A stretch of DNA of 64,000 nt, taken from NCBI RefSeq assembly GCF_036321535.1, contig NC_087436.1, forward strand, positions 87,050,001 through 87,114,000, read 5' to 3'. Within the stretch, counting starts at the first letter, position 1, and each line of letters starts with the position of its first letter. Position numbers and translations under genes: made by a program. Below are positions 1-13,310 of the stretch, in pieces. This stretch comes from Camelus dromedarius. Its lineage: Eukaryota. The notes beneath the pieces were generated by a model. The model saw nothing but the letters and a program-made list of their open reading frames with translations, made no database searches and was not told where the DNA came from.

Positions 1-509
1 CTCAATATCACTCACTTTCTCTTCTCTGCCTTCCACAGCTAGTCACTAAGGTGACTAGTGCTTTCACAATGTCATTCTAAGCCTCTCTTCCTCATTCCCA
101 CCACCACCACTGCAGTATCGCCTCCAGCCTGTCAGTCACTGCCTATGAATGTCCCAGATTCCAGCCTTAACCCCTCTAAGCCATGATGCAGACTCTCACC
201 AGCTACTACCATCCACACACAGTCTCAAGGCTGGAAGAAACCAAAGAATTCATCTTCTACCTCCTATCCCGTGCCTGACCCCTTACTAACACATTTCCTG
301 TATCATCAGTATTCCCTTTCTCAGACATCATCATGGCCTCTCCTGCCTATAGGACATAAAGTTCTTATTCCCTAGCTCTGCGTTCATGCCTCCTCTCCCA
401 TCTCCTGCAAAGTCTGGCCCCAGTTTATCTTTCGAGCTGTCCTTTCATCAACATCAACCAGTGAGGCTGTTCTGCCCACTCTTCCGTGAACACCCTTATA
501 CATTTACAC

Positions 510-965
510 TTGCAAGTTACAAAAGCTAGTCAGCCAAATGAGCTTTAAAAAACAAAAACAAAACCAGCTCACATTAGGTAAAGGGAACAGGGAAAGAGCT
601 CGTTTCCTCAGTCTCTGTCCTCAGGTGTCCACTTCTGTCTTGGTTCTGCCTCCCTCTGTGTTGATTTCAGTCTTAGGTCACCCCATTCCAGGTAGTAGTA
701 AAATCGCCACCAGTAGCTCCTGGATTATACCCTCCGAGCAAACAACCACAGAGAGAGGAGAGCTTCTCTTCACCCATGCTTCCTGCAAAAGTCTCAGGAT
801 CGAGTCTCACTGGACTGGCCTGCGTCATGGATCCATTCTGAACCCTCACAGTGGCCAGGTGGAGAGGGTGCTTTGGTGAGCAAGGTCAGATTCAGGCCCA
901 CCTGAATCACAGAGCTAAGGTTAATCTGAGGAAAATCAGGGCACTGTTATCAAAAGAGGTGGGAA
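510..965 (-). mobile_element. MaLR LTR fragment (MLT1-like)
   Basis: Motifs such as gagtctcactggactggcctgcgtcatggatccattctgaacc resemble old MLT1 LTRs. By-eye call. Confidence 0.45.
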
Positions 966-1285
966 TGGCGACTGCAGTCATCCCCTCTACCCCAAATGCT
1001 CTGCCAGCTCTCCTCAGCATCTCCAAGGCCCGACCCAGGTCCCACTTCCCCCAGGAAGCTGTTTTGTAACCAGCCTACTCACTGTGACCCCTGAACTCCT
1101 ACCATACTTGCTTTCTGGAGCACCCCAAGTCTCTATAACTAGGTGCTAAGGTACTTGAACAGGGAGACCACATCTTATGCATCTTACTTCTTGGTTTTCC
1201 TCATTGCACCTCTGACTGTGCTGTGCACAACTGATGCATAATAAATTTTGGTTGTGATGGTGACATTTGCTAATATTACTGTGCA

Positions 1286-1309
1286 TGTGTGTGTGTGTGT
1301 GTGTGTGTG
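1286..1309. repeat. (TG)12 microsatellite
   Basis: Read directly from the sequence. Confidence 0.95.
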
Positions 1310-1780
1310 TTGTCAGAAAGAGGGATGAGGTGCATGGAAAAAGCAGATGTGTGTCTCCATGGAAACGTAGCAGCAGGCAGCCCCTGAGCCTGGTGGCCGA
1401 ATGATTGATGCAGGCATTTGGCCATGTTGGTAGCCAGGGTTGAGGCCTCCGCTGAGGGGATTTTGCATCCTTCCATGCTGGGCAGGAAGATGGTGAAATT
1501 ACAAGGTGCACTGAGTGCAGGCTGTTTTGTCACTGTGACCTCAGTTTCAGCAGGAAAGGATAAAAATAAATAAGCCAAAAGGCAAATCAGAGGAAAGAAT
1601 GAAGACAAAACATAAGAGGGGCACTTTCGGGAGAAATGAAGATGTAAATTAAGAGGAAAAGTCTAGACCGTGGGCCAGTGGGGACAAGAGCTACTCGCTC
1701 TCAGTGAAAACAGGGCCTCTTGCTCTCACAGCTTCACTTATAGCCTGATTTTACCTGTTTTCTTTTATGTATATGATCTG

Positions 1781-1801
1781 AGTGTGTGTGTGTGTGTGTG
1801 T
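1781..1801. repeat. (GT)10 microsatellite
   Basis: Read directly from the sequence. Confidence 0.9.
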
Positions 1802-2216
1802 ACATAAGTGTGTTTTGATTTAGAAATCTCTCCCTCTCTCACTCTCTCTCATTGTCAGTGTACTCTGATCCAGTGACTCTTTTCTCAGTAACTAGTTCCA
1901 TGTGTTTGTTGACTCTGCTTGTAAAGTAACTTTAAGAAAATTCTTTTGGCTAAGGTCATGTCATCTTGTTTTTGCATTCCTTCTAAATGAGAGGAATTTG
2001 TTTCGTATGGTTTAAATATTTTAGAGAATAAAGAATTTGCCTGTGTCTTATAGGAAACAAGATCTTGTGTTGTATAAAGCTGATCTAAAGAAGATGTGCA
2101 GGATATCTAGGGGTTAACTTTGGGTCCAATGGAAGAGAAAAGCTTGCATTCTTGAAGAGTCTCTAACAAAAGAAAACCACAGGCCATCACAGTGCATGAG
2201 ATTTAGGAATCATCTA

Positions 2217-2403
2217 CCTGGGGTTCTCAGACTTTAATATGCTTAAGAATCACCTGGGGTTCTTGTCAAACAGATAGATTCCTGGGCCTTCCCCCAGGGA
2301 TTCTGATCTTGGAGATCAGGGGTGGAGCCAGGAGTCTGCATTTCAACAAGCACCCCTGGTGACTGGGGAGCATGGTCTATGCACCACACTTTGGGAAATA
2401 CTG
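2217..2403. mobile_element. MER5-like hAT-Charlie DNA transposon fossil
   Basis: gttctcagacttt...agaatcacctgggg...agattcctgggcc...ctgcatttcaacaagcacccctggtgac...cacactttgggaaatactg; typical MER5 internal motifs and degenerate terminal inverted repeats. Confidence 0.8.
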
Positions 2404-2479
2404 CCTCAGGCCAACCTCCTACTTTAAGGCGTGAAGAAACTTCAGCCAGTAGTTATGAAGTGACCTGCTGGGCATCACG

Positions 2480-2655
2480 CTGCCGTTGTAGACTTTCTCT
2501 CGGTGAGCCTCAGTTCCTTACTCAGTAAAGCAGGAGTAATAGTATTCTCTATTTCCAAAGGTCATTGGGAGGATGACAAATGACAGTACATGGAAAGCAC
2601 TGTGCATCATGCCTAATACAGACTAAGTTCAGGTTGATGCTTAAGTATTATTATC
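2480..2655 (+). mobile_element. MIR SINE fragment
   Basis: gagcctcagttccttactcagtaaagcaggagtaatag...aaagcactgtgcatcatgcct, MIR core. Confidence 0.65.
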
Positions 2656-5459
2656 AGCTTAGTGTTAGTATTTATGGTAAATTATTTCCCTGCTTGAACT
2701 CTATGTACCGGTATAGCTTGCCAAAAGATCAGTACTAGGGCCATATGGGGTGGCCTGGCAAGGAGTCCCTAGGGAGGAAGACAGGTTCTCCAGAGCTGCA
2801 CAGAAACCCCCTTCCTCAGCTCTGGCCACAAGTTTCCTCCTGCAGTTCTGCAAGTGGGTGACTGACATAGGACTCAACGGTCCCCAAATTGAGGCTGCCC
2901 AGATGGGAGCTTTTCTTTCATCCTGTGGCGGCTGTGAGCAAGGCAGCCTGTGGTAGACATGGAGATGTTGGATCAGATGGCAAGCAGACAGAAGTCAGTT
3001 GCTGGGGTGGGGGCGACATGCTAAGACACATCAGTAATGAGAACTTCTCAAGCACTTTAAAAAAGTCACCATGTTATAGAAGGTTAGTACTGAAAGGCCC
3101 CGCAGCAAACCCCTTGTCCAACACCCTCCCTTCCTCAGTCAATAAGTGAGAAAAGTACCTCGTTTGAGACAGAGCTGGGATAAGACCCCAGTTAATTCCC
3201 TTCCTGAACAGAAGAAATAAACTCATTGTACCTTCCTCATAGTATCAACCAGAGGGCCTCGCAGCCCAGGCAGATTTAATATGTGGGTACAAGTTCATAA
3301 CCTTGTAACACAGACCAGGATCAAGTGTCTATGCAGCGGCATATTTCCTCACTGCACTCAGAGTGTCATTGTTTCCCCTTCCCACCTTGGGGAGTAAAAC
3401 AGCCCCTTTTGGTCTAAAGGAACACTTCTGATGCAGTAGGAGAAAATGAACCTTTTTTCCTTTGTGTCTGACTTTATTTCTCGTACAAAGAACTTATGTT
3501 CCGAGAAGTTGCCTAGAGATGGCAACGGGGATCGTAACAATCACATTTACTGTTTGACTCCACAAGGAGGCCCTCTGTCTGTTTAATGATCCTCTCTTAA
3601 AAACAGCAGCGACCCTCCAGTTAATGAAAAAAAACAAAACAAAACCAAAACCAGCCCTAACTGAATCCTGCTTGGACTGGTTAACTTCGATTTATATTAA
3701 CTGATGAAAATAGAAGCATCCCCTCGGTCTGATGTGAGCACATGCCTCTCTGCTAGGTTTGGGGTTTCAGTCAGAGCTGCAGGCGGAAGTCTCGTCTCTG
3801 GGGACAAAATCAAATGAGGAACGGGTCAAAGGAGTCAGGCACGAGGAGAATGCTTTTACTGAGATCCCCACGAGCCCGTCTCCTCCCTTTCTCTCTGGTC
3901 GGGGCACCTGGTGCGCGCCTGCCATTGTGAGGCTGCGGAAGAGAAGGGAACAAAGGCTGGTAAACATGCTCGGTGAGCGATGGCCATTGGAGCCGCTTGG
4001 TATGTGGACCTCGGCCTTTGTGAGGGGTCAGCGGGGATTTGTGTGAGCCCATAAACTGCCATGTCAGGAAGACCGCTGCTATTCGCAGCAACGCAGAGCT
4101 GGCAGCCACTGCCAACACTTTTTTTTTAAACTCAGACCCCATACCGCTCAGATGCTGTTGATTCTTTCAGTGTTCCTCTCCGAGTGGCAGATGGTGACAG
4201 TTGTCCAGATGTGGCAGCTCTCATGTTCATCTGATGTTTTTGCGCTGGACCGGGGTTTTTGATGTCGCCAGACTCACACACCCAGCACACGCAGACCTAG
4301 GTGCGTGCTTCCCGGGCTGGCTGTCAGAGCGGCCTCTGCACCGCCCAGGTGGAGGCGCTGAGCCCAGACTGGGTACCTCACATGTCCCAACCCTCCTGGC
4401 ATATTATGGTCGCATCCTGCTCCCCTGGAAAGGCAACATTTGCATTTGAAGCTCAGAGTGGTTTCTGGAATTGTGGAGTGTCTCTAACCCACTTGCCCTC
4501 TTCCCTTATGTGACTGGTCCCCCAAAACATCAAAGTCTTGAGTTATGAAGAAGTATTTCTTTCTGGCCTACAATCCAATTTTGCTAGGATTTTAGTGATT
4601 CTGTCCCCTTTGTCACTTCGCCTTGGTCACCCTGAGGCAGCTCTCCGCAGTACTGCAGAGGCCTGAGGGCCCAAGACTACCAGATCCTTTGGTGGCCATC
4701 TGTGGCTTTGCCTGCTCTGTGGCAAAATTCCTCTCTTTGCCTTTAGATGATTTAAGTTGGATTTCTGTCTTGTGATCAGTAGTCCTAGTTTATGCAGTCA
4801 CCTTGACTTCGGTAGGCAGTCACTCCACTCTCCTCTGGCCTCTCGGCAGCATTTCCCCTTCCGGTCTCCAAGGGGAAGGTTTTCCTTCCAAGAGTGACAG
4901 ACGATTCTGACGTGCTGTTGGAGACAGCTGCGGTTTCCAGGGATGACAGTGCTTTGAGCTCCTAAAGGTGGGCTTCTTCCAAACGTAGGGCTCTGGCCGT
5001 GGAGAAATTAACACAAGGACCCTCATGTGATACTTCAGAGACTCTGAAGCCAGGAGGAAGATTGGAACCCCCCCAGCCTTCACTTTACTAACAAATCTGA
5101 AGTCCCCACAGTGTCGCTGGCCACAGCAGTAGGTGTCTCAACCTGTTGTGTGACCCTAGCTTAACACAGTCAACCATCTTCTGTCCTTGGGAAGTGTACC
5201 CGTGGCCAAATAGCTGCCTTTCCTTGAATACAGCATTCTATTTCAGGTCAGTTAAAGGCTGTTTTTCTCATTCCCAAATCATCATGGCTGACCACTGCCT
5301 TTGTCCTGCAGTACCATCCCGGAAAAGCATATGTTTTTCTCCTTCTGTGTATGTAAGTAAATGTGTTGTTTTCTGTTCCCAATCCTGAGGCAGAATCTGC
5401 TACCAGAATCGTTTGATGAATGTCCTACAAGGTTATGACAAAATGAGACCGATTCTCAG

Positions 5460-5720
5460 TGGTATTTAGAGTAAAGCTAAGAACAAGGGCTGTGGAGTCT
5501 GACTGTCTGGTTGGACTCTTAGCTTTGTCACCCACCAGTGGTGGCCCTTTACGTCAATCACTTAACCCTTCCACGGCTCTGTGCCCACATGTGAAAAGTG
5601 GGGACAATCACAGCATCTGTTTTGTAGGACCACTGTGAGCGGTGAATATTCTAAAAGACAGAGGGCTTAGCTAGGTTCTGTCCACTAGCAATCATTTAAT
5701 AAATATTAGCAACAATAATA
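5460..5720 (+). mobile_element. MIR SINE
   Basis: ggctgtggagtctgactgtctgg...cacttaacccttcc...tgtgaaaagtgggacaat...aataaatattagc. Confidence 0.65.
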
Positions 5721-6789
5721 ATAGTTGTTTCACACAGAGCCTATGGGATCTGATTTCTTATGGCCATATGTTTTGCTTCTGGGCAATAGGACTTGGCAAA
5801 TTTAGCAGAAAGTAGACCAACACAGTATAGGAAGAGAAAGATGCTGGCATTACCTCTTGCTATGCTAAAACCCGTGGCCCTAAGCCCTTCTGTTCAATAC
5901 AAGTACAAAGGGAGAATCCTTGAACACCAGCTGCCAGCTGGGGTTGGAAAGCCTGGCCACCTATCTGCTCCCTGCTTCCTCCCAAACAGACTGCCTCTGT
6001 GGGAGAGAGGGGATGGAAGGTGAACCTTGAAGGGTGGGAGGAAGGTCACCGACAGATGGATTAAGGCCGTTTGGAGAAGAGGATACAGCGTGGGAGAAGG
6101 CTTGACGTCAGGAGCAGGAGGGGTGGGTGAAGAGGGTGGGTTGAGATTCTCTTTTGTGCATCAAAAGGACCGAGGAAGAAAAGCAGCAGTTGAAAGACGG
6201 GTGTGCGGCCGTTCAGATAGGTGCAGGCTCCCTGGTTCCCTCCCGAGTCTCTTTTATGGCCCTAAAAAAACCGCCTCCTCTTCTTATTTCTTAGACATGT
6301 ACATCTGTAGACCCACCAGCCCCTTGAGCTAATGTTTGTGCTTAAAAGACATGATTAGATCCTGGACTTAATTTATGCATTTCTTTGATACTGATGCAGC
6401 TGTGTAAGCCCTGGTTATTTTATTTACATTTCATCAGACTCTCCCTTTCTGATTTTTGCTAGACTGCCTGTTCCCTTTTTTTTTCCCCTTGCATTTCCAA
6501 GCTTTGGATCTGTTCCCCCATGTGTATGAGGTTGAAGAACATGAAATTGCTGATTTTCCCCCATATTGGACCAACGAAAACAGCCATTTCATATGGTTCA
6601 AGTGAATTTTTTCAAATTTAGGTTACAACCGTTAAGTCTCCAGGGGAATGGAGCCTGAGCCACGTGCCCCGAGGACCTGCCACTGAGTGTAGCCTGATGA
6701 GGACAGAACACTGGTTACTGTCCAGAACCGAGAAGGAGTGTGAGGACAGCTCGTGCTTAGACAGTGGCGCCCTGTGCCCGGCGCTGCTC

Positions 6790-6970
6790 CTGCGTTCTTG
6801 CTCATAATCCTCACACCAGCCCCACGACACAGGTACTTGGAGTGTTCTCCTCTGCAATGAGGGGACAGAAGCACAGAGACGGAAGGGAGTTACACAGCCA
6901 GGAGGTGGCAGAACTGGGATTTGAACCCAGAGAGCCTGGATCGGGATCAGCAGTCTTAACCACTACACTA
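6790..6970 (-). mobile_element. MIR SINE
   Basis: aatcctcacacc...cagaagcacagaga...ggtggcagaactgggatttgaacccag...tcttaaccactac. Confidence 0.75.
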
Positions 6971-8984
6971 CAAAACGTTTGCCCAAACAACTGAGTAGTC
7001 ACCAGTGCTCTTGGGGCCACTGTTCTTATTCATCAAATACTCCTGCCCAGCCTTCTCAGTTCTTACTGGCTTGGATGAAGTCGTTTTTCTTGATAAACTC
7101 TAATATAAATCCATTAGTAATTCCCTACTTGAGGATCTTATTTTTATCCGACATGTTACCACCACCCTCCCCCCTCTTTCATCTCCTCACCTGTGTGCAG
7201 CACCTGAGCCCTTCCAGAGCCGCTCACCTTCATCTTCTCGTTCATCCCTCAATCCCTGTCTCCCAGACGAGGAAGCTGGCACTCTCACAGTCGAAAGGAC
7301 TTGGCCAGGTCACACATGTGACCCCCACTTCCGGCAGGCATTGGCCGTCCTCCGCGTGAGGCTCTCCTTGCTGGGTATGGGGAAGACACACCTGACCCCG
7401 CTCCACGCTTAGGGCTGCGCGACTTTGGTGAGGCGATCTACCCTCCTGGAGCTTCTGGGGTTTTTTTGTTTTTAGATTGGAGGTATTTATACTAGGCAGG
7501 ATTCACCGTCTGTGAACTTCTTTACGTTAGTAGAGGACACTAGAGGTCTCCTTCCTTCCTTTGTGTTCTACTCGAGGCTGGCTGTGCTGGGATAGTCCAA
7601 GTCACAGTCATTGGCATAAACTGACACCAGGTCTACAGGGTGTAAAACAAACCGAGGATGCACATTCTTCACCACTCCATCCTTGTAAACTAACGTAGTG
7701 AGATGCCTGCTTTTAGAGTTTTCATTTGCCAGGTGGGGACAGTAATAATGTAGTAACTCCTTTGAGGGCTCTTCGTGAGGACTGGAGAAGGTGCTGGGGG
7801 AGCTCGGGGCCTAGCGCTTGGCAGGTGCTCAGATGCTGTAGCTGTTGCTGTGGCTGTTACTGTTATCTGTGATGGTGTTACTTTTCTAGTTGGTCTTTAT
7901 GTTCAACCTAACCAGCCCAGAAAGTTGCTAGTCCTATGGGACGTTATAAAGTTGTTAACACTTTTCTGCTATTCTATGGCTACTAAAATAATATTATTCC
8001 TAGATCTCAAGATACCATTTGTCATTTTATCATCCGTTCCCTGGTATTTGGTGACTTTCCCAGGGATTAGCTAGGTCACGTGAAGATTTCTATTTTTATC
8101 TGGGAAAAAGCGGGGGGAAATTTAAGTAACTTTTGGGGGAATGAAGGGATTAGCATTTTTCTAATGGACCTGTTTTCAACATGTGCCCCCTTATCACCAG
8201 GAGACTGTAAAGCAGTAGAGCTTCCTGTTCCATGCTCCATCACGCGTTCCAGAGCAGGAAAGAAAAATCCCTTCAGCGATCTGGGCGGCAGCTTCCTGCT
8301 GCTCGTTTCACCTAGAGGTTGCCCATGTGTGGTTACCATTTATTTCAAATGATATTTTAAAATTGACTGTTGCAGGAGTAATGGAAATATTTGAAAGTCT
8401 ATGTTTAGTATAAGGGGAGAGGGAGAGAAATTTTAGTCCAGAGTGAAATTAAACTGACCTCCTTTAGTTTATTTGCTTTGTTTCCCTCCAAGGAGTTGTT
8501 ATTCTTTCAAAGATGCCAGCTCTTAAGCTCTTCACTTGCTTTCAGTAGACTTCAGAGGGCTGCAGAGAGAAGAGCAACCACCCTTAGATTGTCCCCTAGA
8601 GAGACTCTGACTGCAGTGTGTTACTGTCTGGGCCCCACATGGGACCGTCTAGGGGAGAGGGTGGGAGAGGGTGGGGGTAGTGAGTGGCTTTTAGCTATTA
8701 CATAGACAGACAGAGCAAGCAAAAGTGTGGCTTTTCCTGCTTCCCGCTTATCTTTTGCCCCTTCTTGTCATCGATGCAGGCTTCTCTGCCAGCCGGGCAT
8801 CTGAACGCGCGTCTAGGTACTAGCTTTACGTACAGACCAGCACACTGCTGCCTGTCTCTTTCACCTCCTTCAGGAGGTCATTCTTAAAATCCTGGGAGCA
8901 GAGCACCTTCTCCTCTGAACAGGGTTGGAATGCATGCTAATAACCCAGCTCCCCCTTTTAATCCATCATCATTTGCACCATTGG

Positions 8985-9345
8985 TCAGGGTAGTCTCTGT
9001 TTCACTGCAGTAACAAAATCACTCCAGAAGTTAAGGGACTTAATTCAATTAAGAACTTACTTCTTGCTCACATTCCCTATTGATTGTGGTTAGTGGCGTC
9101 AAAGATTCAGACTGACGGAGGCTTAGACATCTTGAAGCTTTACCACCTGGAATAAGAGACCTCCACAGACATGATGGTAGGGAAAGAAAGGAGCTGAGCT
9201 GACAGGTCATAGAAGCTCTTGGTGTCTCTCTTCTTATAGCCTATTGGTGAGATCTAGTCACACAGCCTCTCCTAACTGCAAGGGGGGCTGGAAAATGAGG
9301 TGTACCCTCTGGATATCCAGTATGCAGATGATGTCTCTGCCACAG
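8985..9345 (-). mobile_element. MaLR LTR (MLT1-like)
   Basis: ctgcagtaacaaa...ttacttcttgctcac...ctattggtgagatctagtcacacagcc...ctaactgcaagggggctggaaaatg. Confidence 0.65.
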
Positions 9346-12049
9346 CCCATCCCCCCAATTTTCCATATAACTGAGTGGACGACAGCTTTCTGATCCTAAG
9401 GTGTCTTCCTATGGGTACTGGTTAAATAGATAGTTGCCAGTTTTCAATGACTTCCCAGTCTCAGATGAGCGAGTTCTGCTCTGTGCTCCCAGACCACTTG
9501 GTCTGCAGTTTCGTCACAGACCTTATGGGTGCGCGTTAGATTTAGTTGTTAGTATCTCCGTTTCAGCCCTTCCCTGCTTCTCTCACTCTGAGCTAAATGG
9601 CTAAATTTTGAGGGTACGAAACAGCTGTTTGAGGTTTGTCTTTAAAAAGCATTGCTAGTACTCAGCAGAGTACCTGGCTATTCAGTAGGTCAGGGAGGAA
9701 GAGAGGGAGGAAATGAATCAATCAATCAATGAATCAAATAAACAGAAAAATCCACCTCTTAGACTGGGTTAGTCATAAATTAGACTCATCTTTTAATGGG
9801 TTGATTTTTACCAGGGTACTGGGTACCAGCAACGTTTAGGTATATAAAGAATGCAACCTTAAAATGTTTTTTTCTTTAGCTTTCTTAATTTGTACATGTG
9901 CTCCCATTCCCCTGGGTGGTGGAAATTTCCTGTCTGGCAATTGTGGCTCCTCCCGCGTTTTCCCCAGGGCCATGTCTAAGTTCTGGGGCCCAAGGCTGTG
10001 AGGAGCCGGTACTTGTCCTACATGTGCTCTCTGTCCTTGAAGGCACCCACCCCAATAGCTTCCTTGTTCCTCAGAGTCTCCACTGTCAGTCCACAAGGCC
10101 GTAATGGGCAGCTGCTTGGAAACCTCTTTGGGCCCAGCTCACTCTGTCTCCGAATCTCTTTGAACTCCCTTAGGCCAAGAGATGCTTTCTGCAGCCCTTG
10201 AGCAATGACCCAGGGAGCTCTGTGAGTCTGTTCAGAGCTTCACCTATGACCAGGTCACTCTGGGCCACAGGCAGGGTAGGCCCTGGAAAGTCCTGTCACC
10301 TCTGACCTATGACACAGCCACTACCACTCTGGGTCTTCTGCTTTCCAAGCTCCATTCGAGAGGTGCACAGACACCCTTTGTCCTATAAACCTACAGACGT
10401 GTCCCAGGGTCCTCTCATTCTCCCCCAGGACATCTCCAACCCAGGGACCTTTCTCTAGTCTTGAGGACTAAAAGCCTGCCTCTGCCTCTTTAAATCCCCT
10501 GAGTATCCTCAGAACATAAATGAGAGGATGGGGTTGTATAGTCAAAAGAATGTGCTTCTGTGCATATGTGTGAAATCCATTAATATTTCAAATTATGATC
10601 TTGCCACACTCGCACCGCTCTCGGGGTAACTTACCTCCTCTTTTGTCTCCAGATTTAGTCTAGCAGCATTTTCATCTTGTCTCAGGCCCTGTCCTGTTGG
10701 GTGCACAGGTGTGTTTGTTGAGGCCATCGGTCCAGCAGCTCTGCCCAGAGTAGATGCACAGTCAGCTTTACACAACACATCTGAGATGCTTGCTGCAGTG
10801 CCCGGCTCCCCCTGCCCACTCTCTCCCCAGAAAGTGGACTTCCCTCTGCTCTCCTGGGTTCTGCACCAAGGTTCAAAGACATCTTGCCCATTCTGACATT
10901 TCGGTGGTACAGGCCTAGTGTCTTTAGGCCCTAAATCAAAGGATAAAAGATATGTCCTTCCATTGTTTGCATAGAGCACTTAGGTCTGGCCCCCCGTGTC
11001 CTTGCATCTTCCAGGAAATGGGAATAATCAAGGCTTCAAGGTGGTCACACCAGCCTGCAGTTCCAACAGTGGAGCCAGTGGACCAGGGGAAATTTCTTTC
11101 TCTGCTCCTCTCAGAGATCTGTAGGAAAAACTGTCTACACAGAACCCTGAGGGAAGGCAGCTCATTAAAAAAAGAATCTGAGAACACCTGTTAGTTAAGT
11201 CAGAAATCAAAGTAATGGGCCTCAGACATCAAAAGGGAAAGTGGCCACTTTTGGAAACAGCTGAACCACAGATGGTTGTTGGAGCTGACAGCTGTCCACC
11301 TATAAAGAGCAGTGCTGCGCTGTTCCCGGTTCCTCGGCTCTGAACACCGACCCAGATTTTCGTAATGTACATGTTGGAAAAGATCCCACTCCTAAGATAT
11401 AAGCATGTAAGTATTAAATATAAAAAATAAACCCATGTATGTATATAGTAAACTAGTGTTCTGAGGGTATCTTAATGTCCCGTGAAACTCACAATGAGAA
11501 TGTGGAGCCCCACAGAGGGCACGTGGCCTCGCCTGGGTCTCACAGAGAAAGGATGCTCACCAACACCTATCCAGGTCGGCCCCTTCTGGCTGCTGGTCCT
11601 GTGTTTCTCCTCCGCAAGCTGCTGTGTTCAGAATTTTATCTCAGCCTGATGATGCAAGAGAGTCTTTTTAAGCCCTGTCTTAAAATGCCTGCTTTTAATT
11701 AATTGGTATTAAAAGTGCCTGTGTAGAGAGAAGAAAATAAAAGGCAGGATGTGGGAGAAAGAGCATATACATTACAACCCCAGGAATAGACACAGAGGAA
11801 GAACCAACCCGCCCATTGTTTTAAATCTAGCCCATCCACCCACCCCCAAGACAGGAAAGAGAATGGATCAGCATGTGCTCCTGTTGGTTGCTTATGCTGG
11901 GGGTGCATCATCCGAGGTCATAACTTCATACATCCAAGGAGGAGTTGGAAAAATGGTATTTCCATGGGTGAACCGATGGTCACCACCAGCAGTGGGAGAT
12001 CAGCACCGACTTACATCTGTGTCATGCAGCTGGTCCACTTTAAGTCGTA

Positions 12050-12210
12050 CTTTCACTGGCTCATTAGCATCTTCAAGATCACACTGAGGTCATTGTAGTT
12101 TTTCTTTACAGAAGAGGAAAGTGAGACTCAGAGGTAAAGCATCTGCCCAAAGGCCCGCAGTACGTCCAGGTCCTCTGACTCAAAATCTCTAGTTTCTTTT
12201 GCAACACCGC
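12050..12210 (-). mobile_element. MIR SINE fragment
   Basis: tttacagaagaggaaagtgagactcagagaggtaaagcatctgcccaa. Confidence 0.7.
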
Positions 12211-12479
12211 AGCTGCCTCAGCCGTGACTTCCCGGTCTTTTAGGGATGCTAGGCCTTGTGAGAGCATGAGGGGAGCAGCAGGTCTGCTGATGCAGAACCA
12301 CTCTCCGGTGAGATAGAAGAGGGCAAAGGGCACATCTACAGAGCACCTGCTGTGTTCTGGGCACTCAGAGCCTTCATCTCTTTGTCTTATTTACAGCCTG
12401 CCCTCTCTCACCTGAGGCTTCCTGCCTCTGCCGGATCCCTGATGGACCTCAGTCATATCGGGCTTTTATATCTGTGTCA

Positions 12480-13310
12480 TTCTCATTTCCCTGTCTACGT
12501 GTCAAGTTGCATCTTTGTGCACGTTTTTCACTGTTCTCATGATTATTTCTGTGATACAAGTCTTCATATTCTTGGCTTATTTTTTTCTTGGTTTTTTTCT
12601 TTTTTCTATTGATTTTCTTATTGATTTCTTCATTTGTCTCTCTAGTCCTTTATTGATTTTCTATGTTACAAATGTAACTAGCTTAAGGCTTATCTTCCAC
12701 TTTGTTTATGGTATCTTTCTTTTTTTTCCTAAAAATTTTAAAATTTGGGTTTTTTCATATTTAATTTTTTCACATGGGGCCTTTAATATCTCTGGATTTT
12801 TCCCCATATAATATAGGGATCAAGTTTCATATTGATTATGCCCAAACACCACTTGTTGAGTAATTCATCCTCTCCCCACTGAATTTCAGCATCATCTTGG
12901 TTGCATATCAAGTTTCTACATATGTGTGAAACTGTTAGTGAGCTCTGTTTCACTACTCTGTCTATCTCTGTGCCAGTACCACACCATCTGAATTACTAGA
13001 TCTGTATAATGAGCCTTGTCCAGCTTCAACTTTTCCTTGGTTATTGTTTTTTTTTTAATTGAATTACAGTCAATTATAATGTGTCAATTTCTGGTGTACA
13101 GCATAATGTCCTGGTCGTGTATATACATACATATATTCATTTTTGTATTTTTTTCATCCTTGGTTATTCTTAACCCTTTACTCCCCAAAGAAGTTTTAAA
13201 ATCAAATTGTTAAACTTCACACACACTTCTCACTTTTGTGATTTGCATTGAAAGTATACCGAGTTAATAGATTAATTTGGAGAGAATTGGTGTGTTTACA
13301 GTCTTAACCC
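12480..13310 (-). mobile_element. Old L1 (L1M-type) fragment, interrupted by a younger L1 3' end
   Basis: T-rich; caccacttgttgagtaattcatcc, tgtgccagtaccacaccatctgaattact and atagattaatttggagagaattg are typical antisense L1 ORF2-region motifs. Confidence 0.7.
13046..13156 (-). mobile_element. Short 5'-truncated L1 3' end with 12-bp TSD
   Basis: Poly-T then aattgaattacagtcaattataatgtgtcaatttctggtgtacagcata. Flanked by TCCTTGGTTATT at 13034-13045 and 13157-13168. Confidence 0.8.
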
